In this document: positions 1-9,473 of the stretch, one piece after another | Layout: every line of letters starts with the position of its first letter | How positions within the stretch are numbered: the stretch's first letter is position 1 | Source: an uncultured bacterium | Lineage (GTDB): Bacteria; Planctomycetota; UBA1135; GCA-002686595 | Assembly (NCBI GenBank): GCA_943787795.1 | Contig: CALSNU010000006.1 | Coordinates: forward strand, 384,001-448,000 | Length of the DNA stretch: 64,000 nt | Direction: 5' to 3' | Position numbers and translations under genes: made by a program | The notes under the pieces: model-generated | The model's input: the letters and a program-made list of their open reading frames with translations, nothing else | Told to the model about the DNA's origin: nothing | Databases searched by the model: none

Positions 1-80
1 TACACCGCTGGCCCCCCCCACTCAACCCAGCCGGGCCCGAGCGTCCGGCTCCCCCGCCGGATGAAACCGCGGAGCCGCCG

Positions 81-2843
81 ATGACCACGGCTCCCCACGG
101 CTCCGACCAGCCCGGCACCTCCAGCCGCGCGCGGCCCATGCTCCGACGCCCCCTCTGGCGACTGGGTCTGGCCTACGGTGCCCTGCTGGTCGCCTCATGG
201 GTCGTCATGCTCCAGCCGGCACCCCCCGCGTCCCCCGGGAGCATGGGGCGAGCCGCCCGCGAGCTCCCCACCTTCAGCGACGACGGCGTGCCGCTCGCCT
301 CAGCGGCCGGAGCCAGCCCCGCCCCGGCCGCCCCCGCCGCCCCGGCCGCCCCGACCGCCCCGACCGCCCCGGCCGCCACCGTCGCCTACCTCGACACCGC
401 CGCGAGTCCCGACCTCGGCACCGACAGCCAAACCGAGGGTGGCGACGGCCCCCCTCTTGTGCTGTTCCACGGGAGCCCGGGGAGCGCTGGCGACTTCGTG
501 CGCCTGCTCCCGGACCTCTCTGCCGCTCGGCGCCTGATCGTGCCTGACCTCCCGGGCTTTGGAGCGTCCGAGCGTGACGTCCCGAGCTACTCCGCGAGGG
601 CTCACGCGGCGTACGCAGCCGCCCTGCTGGATGATCTCGGCGTGGACCGCGCCCACGTGCTTGGGTTCAGCATGGGCGGCGCCGTGGCCCTCGAGCTCGC
701 GGCCGTGGCGCCCGAGCGCGTCCTCTCCGTGACGATGCTGGCGTCCATCGGCGTCGAGGAACTCGAGCTCCTCGGGGACCACACCCTGAACCATGGACTG
801 CACGGACTCCAGCTCGCCGCGCTCCAGGCCGCGCGCTGGCTGCTCCCCCACTTCGGCGCCCTGGACCAGGGCATGCTGACGCGGCAGTACGCCCGCAACT
901 TCTTCGACACCGACCAGCGCCGCCTGCGTCCGATCCTCGAGGAGCTCGCGCTACCCACCCTGATCATCCACGGCGAGGACGACTTCCTGGTCCCCGTGGC
1001 GGCGGCCCAGGAGCACGCCAGGATCGTCCCCCAGGCTGAGCTCTCCGTGGCGGCCTCGCCCCGCGGGCACTTCATTCCCTGGACCGAGCCCCGCTGGATC
1101 GCCGGCCTTGTGGCGGACTTCCTGGCAAGGGTGGATCGCGGAGAGGGGCGCACTCGGGCGCGCGCGACACCCGAGCGGGTCGAGCGCTCCGCGGCGGCGT
1201 TCGACCCCTCCGGAGTGCCGCCCTTCGAGGGCCCCGCGTGGCTGGCGGTGCTCCTTCTCCTGGCCCTGGGCACCCTCGTGTCCGAGGACCTCTCCTGCAT
1301 CGCCGCTGGCCTCCTGGTCGCCGACGGGAGGCTCGGTTTCGTCGCCGCCGCAGGGGCCTGCTTCGTGGGCATCTTCGTCGGGGACCTCGCCCTGTTCGCC
1401 CTGGGCCGACTGCTAGGACGCCCCGCCCTCGCCGCCCGGCCCATGCGCTGGATCGTCACCGAGTCCGCGGTGGAGCGCGCCAGCCGATGGTTCGAGCGGA
1501 AGGGCATCGCGGTCATCTTCCTCTCTCGCTTCACCCCTGGCCTCAGGCTCCCGACCTATGTGGCGGCGGGCCTGCTGCGCACCCCGCTCGGCACGTTCGC
1601 GGGCTTCTTCGCCCTGGCTGGCCTCATCTGGACGCCGCTCCTGGTCGGAGTCGCAGCCTCCGCTGGAGAGGCTCTCGCCGAGCGGCTGGGCTCCCTTGGC
1701 GCCGCTGAGTTGCCCTGGGTGCTGGGGCTCGTCGTGCTGCTCATGCAGCTCTATCGGCTCCTGCCGCTCACCCTGACCCACACGGGTCGGCGCCGGCTCC
1801 GGGGACGTTGGGTCCGGCTCACGCGATGGGAATTCTGGCCCCCTCTCCTCACCTATCCCCCCGTCCTGCTGTGGATCCTCTGGCTCGCCCTCCGGCACCG
1901 GTCGCTGTCCGTGGTCACCGCCGCGAACCCGGGCATACCGGCCAGCGGCGTGGTCGGGGAGTCAAAGTCGCTCATCCTCGACGCCCTTGACCCCGACTCG
2001 CCGGAGATCGCGGGGCACACCCTGCTGTCGGCGGCAGCCTCCCCGGCAGCCCGCGAGCAGGCCGCGACCCGTTTCATGGAGCGCTTCGGCGCGGACTTCC
2101 CGGTGATCGTGAAGCCCGACGCCGGCCAACGCGGCTCGGGAGTTCGCATGGCGCCGGACGCCGAGACCCTGCTGAGGTGGGCCCGGGAGGTCCGGCATGA
2201 CGCCATCATCCAGGAGCGGATTGACGGGCCCGAGTTCGGGATCTTCTACGCGCACGAACCGGGCGCTGCGGAGGGCGACGTGCTCGGCGTCACGATCAAG
2301 CTCTTGCCGACGGTGGAGGGCGACGGTCAGCGCACCGTCGAGGCGCTGCTCCTGGAGGACGACCGGGCCTGCGCGATGCACGGCGCCTACATGGACGAGC
2401 TGGGCGCACGCGCGGAAGACGTCCCCGGCGCGGGCGTGCAGGTGCCCCTGGTCAAGGTCGGCACCCACTCCCGAGGCGCCATCTTCCTGGACGGCGAACA
2501 CCTGATCACTCCGGCGCTTCGCGAGGCCATGAATCGAATCGCAGCGCGCTTCGATGGCTTCCACCTTGGCCGCTTTGACGTGCGCGCCCCGTCCGCTGAA
2601 GCCCTCGCGCGCGGCGAGGGGCTCGGCGTGATCGAGCTGAACGGGCTGACCTCCGAGCCGACCGAGATCTATGACCCGGCCATGCCCCTTCGAAGCGCGT
2701 ACCGCAAGCTCTTCGACCAGTGGCGCCTGGCCTTCGAGATCGGCGCGGCCAACGTCGCGCGAGGCGCGACCACGACCTCGCTCCCGAGCATTCTGCGCGA
2801 ATGGGTCCGCTACCAGCGAGCCCAGCGGACCCACACCACGTGA
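81..2843 (+). CDS. Fusion protein: alpha/beta-hydrolase + DedA/VTT membrane domain + ATP-grasp (D-Ala-D-Ala ligase-like) domain
   Basis: Hydrolase motifs LFHGSPG, DLPGFG, GFSMGG (nucleophile elbow) and HGEDD; DedA motifs GDLALF and SRFTPGLR; ATP-grasp motifs WEFWP, ANPGI, KPDAGQRG, GRFDVR and IELNG. Confidence 0.85.
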   Translation: MTTAPHGSDQPGTSSRARPMLRRPLWRLGLAYGALLVASWVVMLQPAPPASPGSMGRAARELPTFSDDGVPLASAAGASPAPAAPAAPAAPTAPTAPAATVAYLDTAASPDLGTDSQTEGGDGPPLVLFHGSPGSAGDFVRLLPDLSAARRLIVPDLPGFGASERDVPSYSARAHAAYAAALLDDLGVDRAHVLGFSMGGAVALELAAVAPERVLSVTMLASIGVEELELLGDHTLNHGLHGLQLAALQAARWLLPHFGALDQGMLTRQYARNFFDTDQRRLRPILEELALPTLIIHGEDDFLVPVAAAQEHARIVPQAELSVAASPRGHFIPWTEPRWIAGLVADFLARVDRGEGRTRARATPERVERSAAAFDPSGVPPFEGPAWLAVLLLLALGTLVSEDLSCIAAGLLVADGRLGFVAAAGACFVGIFVGDLALFALGRLLGRPALAARPMRWIVTESAVERASRWFERKGIAVIFLSRFTPGLRLPTYVAAGLLRTPLGTFAGFFALAGLIWTPLLVGVAASAGEALAERLGSLGAAELPWVLGLVVLLMQLYRLLPLTLTHTGRRRLRGRWVRLTRWEFWPPLLTYPPVLLWILWLALRHRSLSVVTAANPGIPASGVVGESKSLILDALDPDSPEIAGHTLLSAAASPAAREQAATRFMERFGADFPVIVKPDAGQRGSGVRMAPDAETLLRWAREVRHDAIIQERIDGPEFGIFYAHEPGAAEGDVLGVTIKLLPTVEGDGQRTVEALLLEDDRACAMHGAYMDELGARAEDVPGAGVQVPLVKVGTHSRGAIFLDGEHLITPALREAMNRIAARFDGFHLGRFDVRAPSAEALARGEGLGVIELNGLTSEPTEIYDPAMPLRSAYRKLFDQWRLAFEIGAANVARGATTTSLPSILREWVRYQRAQRTHTT
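321..374 (+). repeat. 9-bp in-frame tandem repeat (6 copies, consensus GCCCCGRCC) encoding an Ala/Pro linker
   Basis: gccccggcc gcccccgcc gccccggcc gccccgacc gccccgacc gccccggcc read directly. Confidence 0.85.
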
Positions 2844-2896
2844 CCCATCTTCAACGATGGTGTATTTTCGCCCCCGCGAATCCTCACGATCGCTTG

Positions 2897-3820
2897 ATGC
2901 CTGACGCCAGGCACCTTCGAGTATCAAAGATCGCTCCCTGGCCAACGGGGGCTCCTCCCTTCCCGGAAATTCGACCCGCGGGGTCGCTGCACGTGCCCGA
3001 CCAAGACCACCGCCAGCTCAGGCTACCGGCGACGCGAGCTCGCTCAGCGCTGCTCGACGACCAGCACCTGATCCCCGATACCGACGTCAGCCTGGGCCCC
3101 TATCGCCTGCGCTTTGCGCGGACCCTCGATGACCTTGCGATGGTCCGGCGTCTCCGTTACGCGGTCTTCAACGTCGAGCTTGGCAAGGGCCTCGCGGGCT
3201 CCCACGAGACCGGGGTGGACGCCGACGCGTTCGACCGCCAATGCCAGCACCTGATGGTCCTCGAGCGGGAGACGGGCGCGGCGGTAGGGACCTACCGCAT
3301 GCAGACCGCAGCCACCGCGCGCGCGGGGCACGGCTGGTACACCTCGGGCGAGTTCGAGCTGGGAGAGATGCCCGCGGACATCATCGGGAACGCGGCGGAG
3401 CTGGGCCGCGCCTGCGTCGCCGGCGCCCACCGGGACAAGACCGTGCTCTTCCTGCTCTGGCACGGCCTCATCCAGTACGCGCAGCACACCGGAGTGACAG
3501 CGTTCTTCGGCTGCAGCTCGCTCGCGGGTACTGACCCCAAGCCCGCCGTCGCGCTCTACGCCCAGCTGCTCCGGGATCGCAAGGTCCACCCTGAGCTCAA
3601 GGCTCCCCCTCGCCTCACCATGGCTTGCCCCCTTGTCTCGTGGCCCGATGGCGACGAGGCGGAGCGCGTGGAGGTCCCCAAGCTCTTCGCCACCTATCTG
3701 CGCCACGGAGGCCTCATCCTTGGCCCACCCGCCGTGGACCACGAGTTTGGCACCATCGACTTCCTCACCTGGGTCGAGGTCCGGCCCCGCCACATCAGGC
3801 TCTTCGGAAGGGTCCGCTGA
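2897..3820 (+). CDS. GNAT-family N-acyltransferase, OlsB/ornithine-lipid-synthase-like (start uncertain; GTG 2993 possible)
   Basis: RLRYAVF, DAFDRQCQHLMV, VGTYRM, ELGRACV, FGCSS and GPPAVDHEFGTIDF match the OlsB-like pattern. Confidence 0.8.
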   Translation: MPDARHLRVSKIAPWPTGAPPFPEIRPAGSLHVPDQDHRQLRLPATRARSALLDDQHLIPDTDVSLGPYRLRFARTLDDLAMVRRLRYAVFNVELGKGLAGSHETGVDADAFDRQCQHLMVLERETGAAVGTYRMQTAATARAGHGWYTSGEFELGEMPADIIGNAAELGRACVAGAHRDKTVLFLLWHGLIQYAQHTGVTAFFGCSSLAGTDPKPAVALYAQLLRDRKVHPELKAPPRLTMACPLVSWPDGDEAERVEVPKLFATYLRHGGLILGPPAVDHEFGTIDFLTWVEVRPRHIRLFGRVR

Positions 3821-3995
3821 GCCATCGCGTCGCGGAGGAGTGCCCCAGACGCTGGCAAGCCCGCGCCGAGGGCTCCGCGATGAGGACCTCCGGATGGGAG
3901 CCGAGCGGCCTCTCCAGGGCCCTGGCTCGAAAGGGCAGCCGGGCCAGCGTCACGGTCGGGCGCTGACCCCGCGCGGCACGCCTCCGCGAGGAGCC

Positions 3996-6900
3996 CTAGT
4001 CGCCGTCCTCGTCGAGCTCGTCCTCGTCCTCTTCTGGTTCGCGCACGACCTCAGGTAGGGGCCGATCCGGGCGGCCGTGATCCCGGAAGACCGTGAGCCA
4101 GTGGTCGATGATCGGGTTGTCGAGAGCCACGGCACCGATCCACGGCTGAGCCTCGCGGACGATGTCCGAGGCGTCGAGGAACATGATCCAGCGGCGCCCC
4201 TGATCAATCCCCGCGGCCGCGTCGACGGGATCCTCCACGGCCACCCGGTGGAAGAGGATCGTCGGGGCCGGTAGCTCACCCGCAGCCTCCGCGAGCTCTT
4301 CGGCGAGCCCAGCCTTCACGGCCTCCTCCGACAGCCGCTCGGGGAGCAGCAGCACCATGGGCTGCACGATGTCCCGTCGCACCATTCGCTCGATGAGCGA
4401 GACGGCCGTCTTCCGGGTGCGGGAGACGATCGCTCCGTCCCCGGTGGACCCTGTCCGGCGCTGACGGATGCCCTCGGACTTGGAGTGCGCGGGGATCCAG
4501 AGCAAGAGCGTCCCGTTGCTCGAGGGCGCGCGGCCCCCCTGGAACAGGACCCGCTGGTTGTTCACCTTCTCGAAGGACGGCCCCGTTCCACGGGAGAGGT
4601 CCAGGGCGGCCAGATCCGAGGTGACGCCCGCGGCTCGCGCGGGCTCCCCGTCCGTGCGCCGGGCGATCGGCGGGGAAAGGGCCACCGCTCCGGACGCGGT
4701 GCCGAAGCCCACGTAGCCCTCGATGGGCGCACCGTCGATGGTGTGATACGTCCCTGCGTACTCGCCGGCGATCCACGCCGACACCGCCGAGCCCTCCACG
4801 AGCAGCTCGAGCTGCACCGAGGTCTGAGACTTGGTCACGGTGACCGCGCCAGCGCGGGCGCTCCCGGGCAGCCCGCTGTCTCGCGGCCGCAGCCCGTCGA
4901 AGGCCCAGTTGACGCTCTTGAACTCAGCGCTCGAGTCCTTCTCACCCCTGGCGTAGTCCCAATCCGTGGCCGTGAGCCGCAGCCTCACGTTGCGCTCACG
5001 GCTGGTCCAGCCCAGCACCGCCAGGAAGGAGTTGGAGCCTGTCGTGAAGGACACGCGCGTGGAGATCGAATAGGAGCCCGGCAGCATCCACCGGTCCGCG
5101 CGGAGGAAGGACTTCCCTCCGCCTCGTCGATCCATGTCTCCGGTCCCTGCCTGACGTTCACGGCGCCCCAGCAGGAGGCTCCCGTCCGGCTCGATGCGAT
5201 AGAGCCGCTTGGGCCGATTCTTGTCGAGGCTGGTCAGCTCCTCGTCACGCCAACCGGTGAGCCCCACCGACAGGCCCGGGAGCGGGGTCGCCGGGAGCGC
5301 CGCCTCGACGGCCTCCCGCTTGTCCTGGATCCCCGCCCACGCCGCCACCCTCAGGCCCTCCAGGCGGAGCCGGGCGCTGCTCCCCTGCAGCCCCGCTCCA
5401 CGGAGCACCTCGGCAGCCGCCAGCACCTGCTTGTGATAGTCCGACACCGCCAGTAGCCGGGACGGAAAGGGGCTCCCTGGGGCCTCCATCAAGACGCCGC
5501 TGAAGGGCTCCCCTCGGCTCTCGTGTGCGGTGACCCAGAGCGCCTCGAGCTCGTACGTCGTGGGCCTGGAGGGGACGCCGAGCGCCTGCTTCAGGCCCTG
5601 GCTGATCCGGCGGTCGTAGCCGTCCACCGCGCGCGCCCAAACGAGCGCCCGGATGGCGGCGTCTCGGTCCCCGTGGTCGGCGAGGAGAAGGCCCGCTTCG
5701 CGCGCCTGGTTCTGCCCGAACAGCGGCTCGGCGCGATTCCAGTCCCAGGTCCACGTGGGCTCGTCGTAGACCCAGGTACCCTTCTCCGTCTTCGGGAAGC
5801 CGGAGCGGTAGCGCGCGGTCCAATCCGCGGGCTCTTCCACGTCAAACCCGGCCAGGAACTCGAAGAACATCTCCTGGAACCCGTCGACGGAGGATGGCCG
5901 CCCGTCCTCGCCGTCGCAGAACTGCTCCTCGAAGTCGTCCAACCGCCCCTTGGGGCTGGACGAGTGATCCCCCGAGTCCTCGAAGGCCGCGAGGCGCTCC
6001 GCGAAGATGGGCGTGCCCCCGGAGAGCTTGCGCGCGTCCCCCTCGAACCAGGTCCTCAGGAACACGTAGAGCGCGTTCCCCACCGAGTAGTTCTCTCTGT
6101 AGTCCTCCGGCTCGCCTCGCAGCAGCGCCTCGAGCCTCCCAAGGCCTGCCGCGCCCCGCCCGAGGACGCCGCGCAGGGTCCCGGGGCTGCAGTGGTCGAA
6201 GGCGAACTCGGGGTCATCGGTGAACGCGTAGGCCGCGCCGGTCCACGTGGCCCGGCCCTCGGCGAGCCAGGCCGGGATGCCCGGGTGCAGCGCGCCATCG
6301 AACCGGTGGGTCAACTCATGGGTCAGCCCTCGGCCGAGCCCCGGGATCGTGCCGACGCTGAACTGCAGCACCGTGGTGTCGCCCCCCTGAAAGCCCCCAG
6401 CCCAGAAGAACGGAGCCCCCTCTGCCTCCAGACCGCTCGGGTCCGGGACGATGCGCACGATCCCCTGCCGCGGCGTCCGTCCGTTGAAGGGGTCCGACCC
6501 GAAGTAGGCGACGAGGCGCTCGTGGTGCTTCTCCACGGTGCTGGCCACGCCCAGCAGCGTCTCGTAGCCGCAGTCAGACTCCACCCGGTACCAGCCCCGC
6601 GGGCTCACAGCGACGCCCGGCTCCGAGAAGTCGCTGTGCTTCCTCGTGAAGGCCTCGCCCTCGTCCGAGGCGAGCCACTCCAGCTCCTCCACGGTCCAGG
6701 GCTTGTCGCTGTCATTGACCATGCGCTGTCGAGCGCGAGCGGCGAGCTCCGCGCCCTTGGAGCGCCAGCGAGGCATGCCTCCTGGACGCGGTCCGCGCAG
6801 GTCCTTGAAGTCCGCCTGGGCGCCCAGCCCCCGCATGATCCGCGCGGCACGCAGCGCCAGGCCGGGCTGCGACCGGGAGAGGGCATCCTCCGCCAGGCGC

Positions 6901-7565
6901 TGGAGCGCCTTGAGCACGGGGACGTGAGCCCCTCGCGGCGCGTGCACCTCCGGAGCGAGCTGGCCCCTGGCCTCGCGGTAGATCGATGGCGACTGAAGGG
7001 CGAGATCGAGGGCGAAGCGGCGAGCCCAGGCCGCCGTGAGCAGTTGCTCGGGGCTCCGTGCGCCCTTTGATTCGCGCTCCCCGGCGAGGCGCACCAGCTC
7101 CGTTACCGCACGGGCCCGAGCGCGAGCGAGATCGGTGCCGACCTGCACGAGGTTCACCTCGTCGGCTTGGCCGTCGAAGGCGCCTCGAGGGGCCCGCGCG
7201 CCCGGCTTCCCCTTGGCGTCGACCACGAGGTCCGCCCAGGCGAGCGCCGCGCGGGCGAGGGCGTCGTCATCTCCCGCTCCGCGGGCCACCTCGGCCAACC
7301 CCAGGAGGGCCTCCCTGCGGACCTCCGGGTCCCCCGCCACCGCCCGCTCAAAGTGCCCCGTCGCGCTCTCCTGCTCGCCCCTCTCCAGGGCCTGCTGTCC
7401 GGCCTTGAGGGCCTTCTCCGCCTCCGACTTCCGATCCGGGCTGGACCCCTCCAGGGCGAGGGGCGTCACGCCGGCGACGGGGGCCATGGCGCCCCCTGGA
7501 AGGAGCGTCGCCGCGGGAGCACCCGCCGCGAGCGGGGCGAGGACGGTGATGAGGAGTGCGAACAT
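3996..7565 (-). CDS. Large secreted protein (~1189 aa) with a gluzincin-type HExxH zinc-metallopeptidase motif
   Basis: Signal-like start MFALLITVLAPLAAG; TPR-like helical region; LTHELTHRF followed by WLAEG. Confidence 0.65.
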   Translation of the reverse strand: MFALLITVLAPLAAGAPAATLLPGGAMAPVAGVTPLALEGSSPDRKSEAEKALKAGQQALERGEQESATGHFERAVAGDPEVRREALLGLAEVARGAGDDDALARAALAWADLVVDAKGKPGARAPRGAFDGQADEVNLVQVGTDLARARARAVTELVRLAGERESKGARSPEQLLTAAWARRFALDLALQSPSIYREARGQLAPEVHAPRGAHVPVLKALQRLAEDALSRSQPGLALRAARIMRGLGAQADFKDLRGPRPGGMPRWRSKGAELAARARQRMVNDSDKPWTVEELEWLASDEGEAFTRKHSDFSEPGVAVSPRGWYRVESDCGYETLLGVASTVEKHHERLVAYFGSDPFNGRTPRQGIVRIVPDPSGLEAEGAPFFWAGGFQGGDTTVLQFSVGTIPGLGRGLTHELTHRFDGALHPGIPAWLAEGRATWTGAAYAFTDDPEFAFDHCSPGTLRGVLGRGAAGLGRLEALLRGEPEDYRENYSVGNALYVFLRTWFEGDARKLSGGTPIFAERLAAFEDSGDHSSSPKGRLDDFEEQFCDGEDGRPSSVDGFQEMFFEFLAGFDVEEPADWTARYRSGFPKTEKGTWVYDEPTWTWDWNRAEPLFGQNQAREAGLLLADHGDRDAAIRALVWARAVDGYDRRISQGLKQALGVPSRPTTYELEALWVTAHESRGEPFSGVLMEAPGSPFPSRLLAVSDYHKQVLAAAEVLRGAGLQGSSARLRLEGLRVAAWAGIQDKREAVEAALPATPLPGLSVGLTGWRDEELTSLDKNRPKRLYRIEPDGSLLLGRRERQAGTGDMDRRGGGKSFLRADRWMLPGSYSISTRVSFTTGSNSFLAVLGWTSRERNVRLRLTATDWDYARGEKDSSAEFKSVNWAFDGLRPRDSGLPGSARAGAVTVTKSQTSVQLELLVEGSAVSAWIAGEYAGTYHTIDGAPIEGYVGFGTASGAVALSPPIARRTDGEPARAAGVTSDLAALDLSRGTGPSFEKVNNQRVLFQGGRAPSSNGTLLLWIPAHSKSEGIRQRRTGSTGDGAIVSRTRKTAVSLIERMVRRDIVQPMVLLLPERLSEEAVKAGLAEELAEAAGELPAPTILFHRVAVEDPVDAAAGIDQGRRWIMFLDASDIVREAQPWIGAVALDNPIIDHWLTVFRDHGRPDRPLPEVVREPEEDEDELDEDGD

Positions 7566-7647
7566 GGAGCCTGGCGCTGGGCGGAATGACGAACGGACTG
7601 GGAAGCCAACCTGGAGCGATACCGCTGGGTTGTGCCAGGATAACCCC

Positions 7648-8607
7648 ATGCTTCTCTCCCACCATTGGCTCCCCGCCTCCTCTGGCCTCGCAGCCCTCTG
7701 CCTCGCGTCCTGCGCATCCCACTCCTCAGGGACGGGCCCGCTGGAGGTTGACGAGGCGAGCTGGGCCGCCACCGGAGCGGAGCTCCCCGTCGCGCTCCTG
7801 CGAACGCCCGGCCAGGAGCGCATCTCCATCGAGGAGGCCGCCGACGAGCTCGCCGACGCGGACGTCATCTTCCTCGGCGAGCAGCATGACTCCGCAGAGG
7901 GACACGCTGTCCAGCTGGCCCTGACCAAGGCCATCGCCGAACGCAGGGGCCGCATCGTCCTCTCCATGGAGATGCTCGAACGCGACAGCCAACGGCTCCT
8001 GGACATGTACCTGAGGGGAGAGATCGACCAGGAGGCGTTCCGGTCCGCCGCGCGCCTGTGGCCCAATTACCAGGCGCACTACGAGCCCGCTGTGGAGTTC
8101 GCGCGAGAGGGCGGGCACGACGTCCTCGCGGCGAACGTGTACCGGCCCGTGGCCTCCAGGGTCGCCCGACAGGGACTCGACTCCGCCATGGGCGAAGTCT
8201 GGGCAGCGTCGAGCGTGGATACGTCACCCGGCGAGTACCGGGACCGCTTCGACGCGGTCATGTCGGGCCATGGAGGGATGGACGAGGCCGTGATGGACCG
8301 CTTCTTCGCTGCCCAGTGCATCAAGGACGACACCATGGCGGAGAGCATCGCCCGGCGCCTCGCCTGCGACCCTGGGGACCCGCCCGTGGTCATTCACTGG
8401 AACGGCCGCTTCCACAGCGACTACGGGCTCGGCACCGTCGAGCGCCTCCGCGCGCGCCAGCCCGACCTGAACATCGCCGTGGTCTCCATGCTCACGGACG
8501 TGCAGCTCTCGCGGCCCCTGGCCGAGGAGGCCCTGAACCAGGGGCACTACATCATCCTGGTCCAGGCCCCCAGAGAGGGCGAGTCAGAGAGCCGGACAGC
8601 GGACTAG
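7648..8607 (+). CDS. ChaN-family (heme-uptake/Tiki superfamily) lipoprotein
   Basis: Lipobox LASC; DVIFLGEQHD, LSMEML, AQCIKDDTMAESI and HWNGRFHSDYGLG. Confidence 0.85.
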   Translation: MLLSHHWLPASSGLAALCLASCASHSSGTGPLEVDEASWAATGAELPVALLRTPGQERISIEEAADELADADVIFLGEQHDSAEGHAVQLALTKAIAERRGRIVLSMEMLERDSQRLLDMYLRGEIDQEAFRSAARLWPNYQAHYEPAVEFAREGGHDVLAANVYRPVASRVARQGLDSAMGEVWAASSVDTSPGEYRDRFDAVMSGHGGMDEAVMDRFFAAQCIKDDTMAESIARRLACDPGDPPVVIHWNGRFHSDYGLGTVERLRARQPDLNIAVVSMLTDVQLSRPLAEEALNQGHYIILVQAPREGESESRTAD

Positions 8608-9365
8608 GCGGACTCGGAGCCCTCGAGCCAGCGCTCGAGTTCCCCGGCGAGCGCGGCGGGTTGGAGCTCACTCGTGGGGAGGTGTCGGTCGGCCATCGCA
8701 TACCGCCCCTCGCGCCGATCAAGGATCTCCCGCAGCTCGTCCAGCGCCCGCGGGTGCCCCTCCATCGGCCGATGATCCCCCTGGTCGAGAACCCGCTGGA
8801 GATGCTCCTCGGGACGGGCGGAGAGCCAAACGGTCCGGCAGGTGGAGCGGAGCCGCGCGTAGGTCTCCGCGCTCGCCACGATGGAGCCGCCGGTGGCGAT
8901 GACCACCCGCTGCCCCTCCGCCAGCACCTCCTCAAGGGCCTCTCGTTCGAAGGCCCGATAGCCCTCGGTGCCCTGTAGGTCGAAGATGGCCGCGAGGGAG
9001 AGCCCCGCCAGGCGCTCGATCCGCTCGTCGAGTTCCACGAAGGGGACCTCCAAGGAGCGCGCGAGCGCCGCCCCGACGGAGGACTTCCCGGCGCCTCGAA
9101 GCCCGATGAGCGCCACCCGCTCCGTGCGGCCGCCAGCCGTCGGGAGATCGCACAGGTCCCGCAGCGGCAGTCCGAGGGCCGCGGCCAGCTGGGCGAGCTT
9201 GAGCACCGTGAGGTTGGCGCGGCCCGCCTCGGCCTCGGTCACGTAGCGCCGCGACAAATCAGCGCACTCCGCGAGCTCGGTCACCGTGAAACCCCGCTGC
9301 TCCCGCTCCATGCGCAGGCGCTGGCCCAGGGCCCGAAGGAGCAAATTATCGTCTTGTCGAACCAT
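8604..9365 (-). CDS. boxR: BoxR/BzdR-type regulator (XRE HTH + shikimate-kinase-like domain)
   Basis: N-terminal HTH (LAECADLSRRYVTEAEAGRAN); P-loop LIGLRGAGKSSVG; ATGGS; divergent from boxC. Confidence 0.85.
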   Translation of the reverse strand: MVRQDDNLLLRALGQRLRMEREQRGFTVTELAECADLSRRYVTEAEAGRANLTVLKLAQLAAALGLPLRDLCDLPTAGGRTERVALIGLRGAGKSSVGAALARSLEVPFVELDERIERLAGLSLAAIFDLQGTEGYRAFEREALEEVLAEGQRVVIATGGSIVASAETYARLRSTCRTVWLSARPEEHLQRVLDQGDHRPMEGHPRALDELREILDRREGRYAMADRHLPTSELQPAALAGELERWLEGSESA

Positions 9366-9370
9366 GACAA

Positions 9371-9417
9371 GGAAACTATAGTTCACAGCAGAGGTGGCTG
9401 TGGGATTTATATTTCCC
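9371..9417. promoter_or_regulatory. AT-rich imperfect dyad in the divergent boxR-boxC intergenic region; candidate operator/promoter
   Basis: Perfect palindrome AACTATAGTT at 9374-9383; GGAAACTATAGTTCACAGC...GCTGTGGGATTTATATTTCC form an imperfect inverted repeat. Confidence 0.5.
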
Positions 9418-9473
9418 ACGCCAGCCACCCCACCGTTCACCGCCCATCCCTGCACACCGACCCGATCGTGACG

